Made by a program: the position numbers and the translations under genes. A stretch of DNA of 32,000 nucleotides, taken from positions 240,001 to 272,000 of the forward strand of contig NC_021219.1 of assembly GCF_000392435.1 (NCBI RefSeq), in the 5' to 3' direction. The notes under the pieces are model-generated. The model made no database searches. It saw only the letters and a program-made list of their open reading frames with translations, and had not been told where the DNA came from. Below, piece after piece: positions 24,630-32,000 of this stretch. Position 1 is the stretch's first letter, and every line of letters starts with the position of its first letter. Origin of the DNA: Candidatus Saccharimonas aalborgensis (lineage in GTDB: Bacteria; Patescibacteriota; Saccharimonadia; Saccharimonadales; Saccharimonadaceae).

Positions 24630-26564
24630 TTATCTCAGCAAGGCTTTAATACGACGGATTCCGGCCGAACTAGCTTCTTCCTTAGTGATAACAAATACCT
24701 TGCCGTCTTCGCCGAGTTGACCAGTGTGATCAACGTGAGGACCACCACAGATTTCGATACTAAAGAGTTCGTCACCCTCGCCAGCCGAGTATACCTTGAC
24801 AGTATCGCCATACTTGTCACCAAACGCACCAAGCGCCCCCCTTGCGAATGCTTCGTCAGTCGGGAGTTCCTGCCAGCTCATCGGTAAATCTTTTTTGATG
24901 ACATCGTTGACGATATCCTCAACGCGTTTGATCTGTTCGGGCGTCATTTTTTCACTATGGCTAAAGTCAAAGCGTAGCCGCTCGGCGGTGATATTGCTAC
25001 CACGTTGGACGACATGATCACCGAGTACCGTACGGAGTGCCTTGTACATCAGATGTGTCGCTGTATGGTATTTCTTGTGGATATCATCGTGTCCCTCAAG
25101 TCCACCTTTGAAGACGCCTTTTGCGGCGGTCTGACTGCGCTCACGCTGCTCTCGCATTTTGGCATCAAATTGCTGACGCCAATCTTCGGGCAGCGAGATT
25201 CCCTGCTTGTACGCTTCCTCAACAGAAAGCTCGACAGGAAACCCATAGGTGTCGTAGAGTGCAAACAGTTGCTCACCACCCATCCATTTGGCCATAGGCT
25301 GCGTTTCGTGAGGCGAATCATGTTCAAACGTTTTGTTAGCCTCTGCCATACGCTCGAGTTCCTTCAGCCCTTTACGAAGTGTTTGGCGAAATACCCTTTC
25401 TTCCTTTACGAGCACCGCTACCACTTCGTCACGACGTTCGGCGACCTCGGGAAAATCGTTATGATAAAGGTCGGCAATTACTGGTACTACTTCTTGCAAG
25501 AAATTTTGCTCGATGCCGAGGTCAAAGGAATGACGAATCGCCCGGCGCAGTAGCCGACGCATCACGTAGCCCTGCTCTTTATTACTTGGCACACAGCCAT
25601 CGACAGCCAAGAACGTTGCCGAACGCAAATGATCGGCGATAACACGCATGCTCTCAGTGTGTGACTCATAGTTTTTACCGCTTAGTAACTGAAGTTTTTC
25701 GATGATCGGCCAGATGAGACTGATCTTGAACATATCAGGATTATTGATGGCCGCAGCCGCGAAACGTTCGAGCCCAGAACCGTGGTCGATATTTGGTTTG
25801 TCGAGTAACTCAAACTTGCCTTCAGCGACTTTTTTGTAGACCATGAAGACGTTGTTGCCGATCTCGATGAAACGACCACAGTCACAGTTCGGATGACAAT
25901 GCTCCCCATAGCTCGTATCATGCTCGACAAAATCAAACTCATAAAACATTTCGCTGTCGGGGCCACAGGGATCGCCAACCGGTGTTTTGGCTTCGTTGCC
26001 ATTTCGGCTCCACCAGTTTTTTGTCCCGTCGTAATAAAATATCCGTTCACCCTCGTGTATACCGCGCGCATAGCCATTTGCCTCAGAACCAATATCTGCG
26101 GTGCCGGTGGATAACCCCTTACCGCCAAAAAGTCGCGACCAGGTTTCGGCAGCTTCAGTGTCCTTCGGAATACCGAATTCGTCGTTACCGATGTAGCAAG
26201 TGATGTATATCTTGCTCAGGTCTAGCTTGACAACGTCGCTGATAAACTCAAACATCCACTCGATTTGCTGGGTCTTACCATAGTCACCCAAACTCCAGTT
26301 GCCGAGCATCTCAAAAAACGTCGTGTGGCGATTGTCCCCAATGTCATCGATATCTTGCGCTCGCAGACACGTCTGGCTGTCGGTAATCCGCACACCTTTA
26401 GGATGCGTCTCGCCGAGTAGATACGGAATCATCGGCTGCATACCACTGCCGGTAAAGAGTGTGGTGGGATCGCCACTGAGCACTAGTTGCGCACGCGGGA
26501 CAACTGCGTGACCGCGCTCAGCAAAGAAATCCAAATAAGCATTTCGTATTTCTTGAGCATTCAT
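24630..26564 (-). CDS. alaS: Alanyl-tRNA synthetase, compact form ending after the editing domain
   Basis: MNAQEIRNAYLDFFAERGHAVVPRAQLVLSGDPTTLFTGSGMQPMIPYLLG; editing motifs HTATH and CGGPHVDHTG; no DHHA1/C-Ala region follows. Start assigned to MNAQEIRN. Confidence 0.95.
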   Translation of the reverse strand: MNAQEIRNAYLDFFAERGHAVVPRAQLVLSGDPTTLFTGSGMQPMIPYLLGETHPKGVRITDSQTCLRAQDIDDIGDNRHTTFFEMLGNWSLGDYGKTQQIEWMFEFISDVVKLDLSKIYITCYIGNDEFGIPKDTEAAETWSRLFGGKGLSTGTADIGSEANGYARGIHEGERIFYYDGTKNWWSRNGNEAKTPVGDPCGPDSEMFYEFDFVEHDTSYGEHCHPNCDCGRFIEIGNNVFMVYKKVAEGKFELLDKPNIDHGSGLERFAAAAINNPDMFKISLIWPIIEKLQLLSGKNYESHTESMRVIADHLRSATFLAVDGCVPSNKEQGYVMRRLLRRAIRHSFDLGIEQNFLQEVVPVIADLYHNDFPEVAERRDEVVAVLVKEERVFRQTLRKGLKELERMAEANKTFEHDSPHETQPMAKWMGGEQLFALYDTYGFPVELSVEEAYKQGISLPEDWRQQFDAKMREQRERSQTAAKGVFKGGLEGHDDIHKKYHTATHLMYKALRTVLGDHVVQRGSNITAERLRFDFSHSEKMTPEQIKRVEDIVNDVIKKDLPMSWQELPTDEAFARGALGAFGDKYGDTVKVYSAGEGDELFSIEICGGPHVDHTGQLGEDGKVFVITKEEASSAGIRRIKALLR

Positions 26565-26592
26565 ATCTGTTATTGTAGCATGCCCCTGACAT

Positions 26593-27630
26593 TTACCGCA
26601 CCAGCCCACTTCCAAGACAGACTTCATCGTTATAGACAACAGCAGATTGGCCAGGGGTCACAGCACGCTGCGGCTCAGAGAGATCAAGCAGTACGGCATC
26701 GTCCTCCCCATGCTGTAGCGTAGCCTCGACTAGCTCGGCGCGGTGACGGACACGAACCTTGTATGTCCCTTCTAGCGGCATGCTATTGATCCAGTGAACA
26801 TGGTCAAGGCTCAGTTGCGCCCTCCATAGCTCTTGGCTATTGAGATTGGTGCTGACATAGACCTCATTTTTTTCCATATTTTTCCCCACAACATAGTATG
26901 GTAGTCCGCCACCCACATCGAGTCCATGGCGCTGCCCCAATGTGTAGAAAATTGCCCCATCATGCTGTCCGATTGTCTTTTTTGTCTGCTCGTCAATAAT
27001 CGGCCCAGCATGTGTCTCGACATACTGGCTCAAAAACTCCCGCATGCCGACGTTTCCGACGAAACACACCCCCATACTCTCAGCCTTTTTTGCCGTCCAA
27101 AGACCCCTCTGGGCCGCCATGTCTCGCACCTCGGATTTCAAAAAATCACCGAGGGGAAACAGTACTTTCTTGAGTGCGTCTCCAGATATTCGACCAAGGA
27201 AATAGGTTTGATCTTTGTCAGTATCTTTTGCACATTTCAACAGGCTATTTTCAACCCTTGCATAGTGCCCTGTAGCAATCATATCGGCGCCATCACCAAG
27301 CGCTGTCTCCAAAAAAAGCTTAAACTTCACTTCTTGATTGCACATGATATCTGGATTCGGTGTGCGACCGGCCTCATATTCATCGATCATATACTGCACA
27401 ACTTTTTGGCGATACTCCTGTTCAAAATCGTAGACCTTGAAATCTATTCCTAACTGCACTGCCACTCGCTTGGCGTCAGCGAGATCATCTGCCCACGGAC
27501 AACGTACCCCAGGCAAATCTTGCGTCCAGTTCTTCATATACACACCCGTGACATCGTAACCTTGCTCAACCAAAAGCGCTGCGACAACTGACGAGTCGAC
27601 GCCACCACTCATACCCACATAGACACGGGT
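26593..27630 (-). CDS. mnmA: tRNA 2-thiouridine(34) synthase MnmA
   Basis: VYVGMSGGVDSSVVAALLVEQGYDVTGVYMKNW; NPDIMCNQEVKFK; HYAR; TKDKDQTYFL; MGVCFVG. Confidence 0.96.
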   Translation of the reverse strand, partial: TRVYVGMSGGVDSSVVAALLVEQGYDVTGVYMKNWTQDLPGVRCPWADDLADAKRVAVQLGIDFKVYDFEQEYRQKVVQYMIDEYEAGRTPNPDIMCNQEVKFKLFLETALGDGADMIATGHYARVENSLLKCAKDTDKDQTYFLGRISGDALKKVLFPLGDFLKSEVRDMAAQRGLWTAKKAESMGVCFVGNVGMREFLSQYVETHAGPIIDEQTKKTIGQHDGAIFYTLGQRHGLDVGGGLPYYVVGKNMEKNEVYVSTNLNSQELWRAQLSLDHVHWINSMPLEGTYKVRVRHRAELVEATLQHGEDDAVLLDLSEPQRAVTPGQSAVVYNDEVCLGSGLVR

Positions 27631-27632
27631 CA

Positions 27633-28244
27633 TTAGCGCACTACTCCACCCGATGCAACAATCAGTATTTTTACTAGCTCGCTCAACGCCAAATACCAGC
27701 CCGTGGGCGTTAGCCACCACCAGGCTCCCCACTGGTTATCACTTGCTACCGGATGCGCGCGAAAGGTGATAGAGGGCGCCCGATGGCTAAACTCCATCAC
27801 CGCACGTCGTTCATGATACGCAGAAGTCACAACAATTGCCGATGTAACGCGATACTTGTCGAAGATATTCTTTGTTTTTACAGCGTTTTGCTCTGTCGTC
27901 TCACTCTGGTCTTCAATAACGATACTATTTTCAGAGATACCGGCCCGAACGGCATGCTGCTGCATCACCTCGGCATTGCTGGGACCTGATTTGTCGGCCG
28001 CCGCGCCAGAAAAAATGATGAGAGGCGCCCAACCTGATTTATACAGAGCAATCGCCTCGTCGGCCCGTGCCAACGTATCACCACCACTTACCGCTACAAT
28101 CGCGTCGGCTCTCTCACAACCCTTTGTCTCACTGGGTTTGTCCCCACAGGATTTCAAATCATTAGGACCAAGGTAGGCCGAAATACCAGCGACAAGCAAG
28201 AAATAGCCACCAACGATGCTAGAGATGATGATTATTTTTTTCAT
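27633..28244 (-). CDS. YdcF/SanA-like (DUF218) family membrane-anchored protein
   Basis: ADAIVAVSGGDTLARADEAIALYKSGWAPLIIFSGAAADKSGPSNAEVM; EDQSETTEQNAV; VTSAYHERRA. Confidence 0.87.
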   Translation of the reverse strand: MKKIIIISSIVGGYFLLVAGISAYLGPNDLKSCGDKPSETKGCERADAIVAVSGGDTLARADEAIALYKSGWAPLIIFSGAAADKSGPSNAEVMQQHAVRAGISENSIVIEDQSETTEQNAVKTKNIFDKYRVTSAIVVTSAYHERRAVMEFSHRAPSITFRAHPVASDNQWGAWWWLTPTGWYLALSELVKILIVASGGVVR

Positions 28245-29395
28245 CGATCCATCCTCGTGCGCTCACTAAGAACAGCCCCGACAATATACTCAAGCGCTCG
28301 CTCACACCCTAGCTTGTCTGTACCCCTTCCCAACGTGATCCGTAAACTTCCATCAGCTACCGAAGGATCAAGTCCCAGTGCAATGAGCACATGAGACCGC
28401 GTTCCCTTATTTGCGGCACACGCACTCCCTGTCGCCACAAAAACTCCCTTAGCCTCTAGCAAAAAGACTATTCGTTCGGCGTCGATATTTGGAAACGAAA
28501 TCGACAGATAGTTAGCGAGACGGTGACGTTGGTTACCAGAGATAACTGCATCGGGAAAGTTATGGGTGAGCCTAGATTGCATCATATCTCGCAACTCTCC
28601 CAATCGCACTACCTCTGATTTACGACCACCAACTGCCAATTCGAGGGCGAGCGCAAACCCAACCGTACCGGCAACTTGCTCAGTTCCGCTACGCAGCCCT
28701 CTTTCTTGACCGCCACCAACAATAAGCGGGTTCAGTCTGACATGACTATCGATCCACAACAGCCCAACTTGCTTGGGCCCATACAGTTTGGCGGCATTGA
28801 GCGTGAGCGCATCGACCCCGAGCCGTGCGACATTGATGTCACAAAGTCCGGCACCCTGCGATGCATCGCTGTGAAAATACAGTGGTGTCTGATTGCCGGT
28901 AGCGTGGCGCTCACGTTTTACCTCTTGTATCACCTCACTAATGTTGCGAAGCGGCTGAATGGTACCAATTTCGTTGTTTGCGAGTGAGATACTGACGAGC
29001 ACCGTATCCTCGCGTATGGCAGCTCGCACATCTGCAGCCGCAACTCGTCCGGTCGAATCAACCGCCACCAGACTATGCTCGTGCAGACGAGCGGCGGCAA
29101 GGACAGCGATATGCTCGATAGCGGTCGTGACGACGTGCCCAGTCACTCCTGCAAACATGAGATTGATAGACTCTGTCGCACCAGCAGTCATGATAATATC
29201 ACTGCCTTTTGCCCCAATACATTCGGCGATGCGCTGTTTTGCCGCTTCATAGTGGTGACGTACCTCTACGGCAGGCGCATACGGGCTAGAGGGGTTATAA
29301 AACTTGTCACCAAAAAAAGGCAGCATTGCTGCCATGACTCGTTCATCAACAGGGGTAGCTGCAGCGTAATCTAGATATACAGTATCACTATTCAC
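28241..29395 (-). CDS. Cysteine desulfurase (NifS/IscS family, PLP-dependent)
   Basis: VYLDYAAATPVDERV, GATESINL, HIEH, SLSANNEIGT-like SLANNEIGTIQP, HSDASQG, NAAKLYGPKQVG, ATGSACAANKG. Confidence 0.94.
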   Translation of the reverse strand: MNSDTVYLDYAAATPVDERVMAAMLPFFGDKFYNPSSPYAPAVEVRHHYEAAKQRIAECIGAKGSDIIMTAGATESINLMFAGVTGHVVTTAIEHIAVLAAARLHEHSLVAVDSTGRVAAADVRAAIREDTVLVSISLANNEIGTIQPLRNISEVIQEVKRERHATGNQTPLYFHSDASQGAGLCDINVARLGVDALTLNAAKLYGPKQVGLLWIDSHVRLNPLIVGGGQERGLRSGTEQVAGTVGFALALELAVGGRKSEVVRLGELRDMMQSRLTHNFPDAVISGNQRHRLANYLSISFPNIDAERIVFLLEAKGVFVATGSACAANKGTRSHVLIALGLDPSVADGSLRITLGRGTDKLGCERALEYIVGAVLSERTRMDR

Positions 29396-29403
29396 TGATC
29401 GTA

Positions 29404-29835
29404 TTATACCAGTTTGGCACCGGTATCAGGGTCAAAGCCGTAGATCTGGCGTGCAACCTGCTCATAATAAAGTTTGACGGCGAGCATAAAATGCTGCAGC
29501 TCATCACCATCGAGGTAGCTGTAGCGAGCGCCCTCTTGTACTTTAAATATTCCCTTGTCATGGACCTCATAGCGAATAGTGCTCGTTTGCAGTTTACGCT
29601 TTTCGTTGATCCACTCTTCGTGCCAAATCCAAGTTCGCTCATCGAGATTGAAGAACTCTCGGCGATGTCCCTCGGGGACTGCACCAAAAAGCTTCGAGCC
29701 TATTTCACTTTCAAGTCGTATGAGATCGCGCTCAGTTAGTGATTTTAGCGGACGATTCTTTGGGATATGTAACAGATCGGCTTGATCAGGATCACCTGTC
29801 AAGAGTGAGAGTGCTTTTTGGAGGATATTTCCCAC
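29404..29835 (-). CDS. Hypothetical protein (143 aa)
   Basis: Continuous ORF in the operon between the cysteine desulfurase and a second small ORF; no family recognised. Confidence 0.65.
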   Translation of the reverse strand: MGNILQKALSLLTGDPDQADLLHIPKNRPLKSLTERDLIRLESEIGSKLFGAVPEGHRREFFNLDERTWIWHEEWINEKRKLQTSTIRYEVHDKGIFKVQEGARYSYLDGDELQHFMLAVKLYYEQVARQIYGFDPDTGAKLV

Positions 29836-29844
29836 AATGTTTCC

Positions 29845-30225
29845 TTATCCTAGCCGGTTAAGCCGAGCTACACCAAGATTGGCACCGATAGTTCGCACAT
29901 AGGTTGCGTGAGGTGCTACACCGATGGTCTCTGGCCTACGAGGAGCCGTTTGGTGAAGCGGTGCCGTAGCGGCTACGAGACGCCCGGCAGCCGAACCAAC
30001 TGTTCCGGTCAGGCGTGGTGCACCCTCGATACGTCCCTCATCAATATCTCTAGGATCAACAACACGCTCATGCGCAGCAGCGGCGCGCAGAGCTAGCTCA
30101 GTCAAGACCCCTACAGGAGGGAATTCAGCAGTTCGTGAGTCAGGGGGTTGGTCATGAGAAAATGGAGCCGTCCCGTCTGGAAAGGCTTCGTCTCTTGGTG
30201 TATACGGTGTCATTACATCTGTCAT
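29845..30225 (-). CDS. Hypothetical protein (126 aa), Pro/Ala/Arg-rich, probably disordered
   Basis: ORF overlapping the tatD stop by 4 nt (ATGA-type coupling). Confidence 0.5.
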   Translation of the reverse strand: MTDVMTPYTPRDEAFPDGTAPFSHDQPPDSRTAEFPPVGVLTELALRAAAAHERVVDPRDIDEGRIEGAPRLTGTVGSAAGRLVAATAPLHQTAPRRPETIGVAPHATYVRTIGANLGVARLNRLG

Positions 30226-30983
30226 GTCATTTTCCCAAACACTCTCTCGGCGTTGTCAGTAGTTGCCTGCTCGACATCCTCGACGCGTACTCCTTTGAGG
30301 GCGGCTTGGTGTCTAGCAACCAGACCAACATACGCTGGTAAGTTCATTTTACCACGGAAAGGCTTTGGTGTCAAGAACGGAGCATCTGTCTCAAGGACTA
30401 TTTTTTCGAGCGGCACCTCAGTATAGAGACGCTGTTGACTCTCTTCCTTTGTAAACGTACTGATGCCATTTATACCGACAAGCAGTCCCCGTTTTAGCCC
30501 TTGCTCAAGGTTGTGCTGCGTATCAGTAAAACTGTGCATAATACCTCTGATGCCGCTAAAGGAATCAAAAATAGGCCAGAAGTCATCGTAGGCATCTCGC
30601 ACATGAAAACTGACTGGCAAGTTAAACTCCTGTGCTAAGGCCAATTGATCATGCAGTAGCTGTCGCTGCACGTCACGCGGGCTGTGTTCATAAAAATAAT
30701 CAAGGCCGATCTCTCCAATAGCGACAATTTTTTTATGACCCTCTTCAAGAAGCTGGCGAATACCGGCAACGTCCTCATCTTTACCATCGTGAGGATGAAT
30801 CCCGACAGCCGCATAACAGCCCTCATGTGTCTCGGCAAACGCGACTGCTTCCCGAGAACTACGCACGGTTGTCCCAATACAAAGCATCACAACACCAGCA
30901 TCACGTGATTGCCGATAAACATCCTCTCTATTCTCTGGGTAGAACTCACTGTCGTGAATATGACAATGGGTATCGATCACCAT
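30222..30983 (-). CDS. tatD: TatD family metal-dependent hydrolase/DNase
   Basis: VIDTHCHIHD, AVGIHPHDGKD, AIGEIGLDYFYEHSPRDVQRQLL, PVSFHVRDAYDDF, ETDAPFLTPKPFRGKMNLP. Confidence 0.94.
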   Translation of the reverse strand: MVIDTHCHIHDSEFYPENREDVYRQSRDAGVVMLCIGTTVRSSREAVAFAETHEGCYAAVGIHPHDGKDEDVAGIRQLLEEGHKKIVAIGEIGLDYFYEHSPRDVQRQLLHDQLALAQEFNLPVSFHVRDAYDDFWPIFDSFSGIRGIMHSFTDTQHNLEQGLKRGLLVGINGISTFTKEESQQRLYTEVPLEKIVLETDAPFLTPKPFRGKMNLPAYVGLVARHQAALKGVRVEDVEQATTDNAERVFGKMT

Positions 30984-32000
30984 TAGTTTGCCTTTGGTGC
31001 GCGGGGATCGGGGGTATGGAGATATAATTTGGGGAAAAGTGGCGAGGCTTGCTCAGATGGTACGACTCCTGATTCAAACAGATTTCGAATCGCATCAGCG
31101 GTAGCGGGCATGAAGGGCGTGAGCAAGTCGGCAATTTGTAGCAACGTACTCACGGCGTGTGCCAAAACTTCCTCTAGGTGACCAGCAGCCTCCGCATCCT
31201 TCTCGCGCTGCTTTGCAATTTCCCAGGGTTTGACGTGCTCAAGATATTGATTGAGTGAGCGCACCATCACCCATGTTTCATCAAATGCTTTGTTGAACTC
31301 GAGATCTTCGACAGCTTTGCGATAAGGTCCCATGTCGTGCTCAGCCCTCGGCGCATCCCCGATCACGCCTGCCTGGTATCGCGTAATCATCGCCGCAACG
31401 CGCTGAACCAAGTTACCAAGATCATTGCCCAACTCGGTGTTGTAGGCTGTCTCAAACTTTTCCCACGTAAAGTCACCGTCTTCTTGGGTCGGAATATGCC
31501 TCATAAAGTAATAGCGAAACGCATCAGTACCATACTGGGTAATTACTTCTGTCGGACTGACACCGTTCCCCAGTGATTTGCTCATTTTTGTCCCACCAAC
31601 ATTAACAAAACCATGTACCAATAATACTTTTGGCAGTGATAGCTCAAGGCCCATCAGCATTGCCGGCCATATGCCAGCATGAAAACGCAGGATATCCTTG
31701 CCGATAACCTGTAGATCGGCCGGCCAATACTCTTGCCACGCGGGATTATCTGGATAACCAAGCACCGTGATGTAATTTGACAGCGCGTCGAGCCACACAT
31801 ACATTACCTGTGTATCATCTCCGGGAACACTGACACCCCAGCTAAGATTTTTGCGCGGGCGAGATACCGAAACGTCCTGGAGACCATCTTTTATGAGTTC
31901 CAGGAACTCGTTTTTGCGGAACTCTGGTACGATCTTCATGCGCCCGGTTTCGATGACTTCTCGAATCTTGTCGGAGAATGCACCTGTCTTGAAATAGTAG
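30983..32000 (-). CDS. metG: Methionyl-tRNA synthetase, C-terminal portion (5' end beyond window)
   Basis: Frame open to the window edge (YYFKTGAFSDKIREVIETGRMKIVPEFRKNEFLELIKDGLQDVSVSR); GWGVSVPGDD-like WGVSVPGDDTQVMYVWLDALSNYITVLG; KMSKSLGN. Confidence 0.96.
   Translation of the reverse strand, partial: YYFKTGAFSDKIREVIETGRMKIVPEFRKNEFLELIKDGLQDVSVSRPRKNLSWGVSVPGDDTQVMYVWLDALSNYITVLGYPDNPAWQEYWPADLQVIGKDILRFHAGIWPAMLMGLELSLPKVLLVHGFVNVGGTKMSKSLGNGVSPTEVITQYGTDAFRYYFMRHIPTQEDGDFTWEKFETAYNTELGNDLGNLVQRVAAMITRYQAGVIGDAPRAEHDMGPYRKAVEDLEFNKAFDETWVMVRSLNQYLEHVKPWEIAKQREKDAEAAGHLEEVLAHAVSTLLQIADLLTPFMPATADAIRNLFESGVVPSEQASPLFPKLYLHTPDPRAPKAN

Noticed and set aside
1-32000. CRISPR arrays, restriction-modification, toxin-antitoxin, retron, prophage or transposase genes
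   Set aside because: No direct-repeat arrays, reverse transcriptase, nuclease-methylase pairs, integrase or transposase motifs were seen in the ORF set. The window is essentially chromosomal housekeeping.

Overview
The window looks like a chromosomal segment of a small-genome CPR-type bacterium. Saccharibacteria is my best guess, inferred from gene content and unusually short proteins, not proven. About 24 CDSs are supportable, mostly housekeeping: trxA-like, trhO, an ABC exporter, NUDIX, a DEAH helicase, rplY, DedA, uvrA, sbcB, obgE, LysM-CHAP, mltG, ruvX, a FtsA/PilM-like protein, a compact alaS, mnmA, cysteine desulfurase, tatD and metG. No CRISPR array, recognisable defence system, tRNA or full rRNA gene was seen. 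The most interesting content is non-coding. (1) A GC-rich tract of about 830 nt (16204-17037, minus strand) lacks a credible CDS. It starts at a perfect TTGACA-N17-TATAAT promoter, has a 17-bp closing helix between its two ends and several long perfect hairpins, and ends in an intrinsic-type terminator. It looks like a large structured ncRNA that I cannot assign to a known class. It also contains AGAAAGGAGGTGA, an unusually long match to the 16S 3'-tail complement. (2) A compact element of about 110-130 nt (11432-11567, plus strand) between a DedA gene and uvrA mimics the GTPase-associated centre (H42-H44, thiostrepton/L11-binding domain) of 23S rRNA. It is clamped by a 10-bp perfect stem and followed by a T-run. 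(3) A structured element of about 118 nt sits downstream of alaS. Smaller points include a C-terminal LAPTG sortase-like signal on a repeat protein, possible leader regulation of an ABC exporter and a LysM-CHAP gene, and a short alaS ending after the editing domain.
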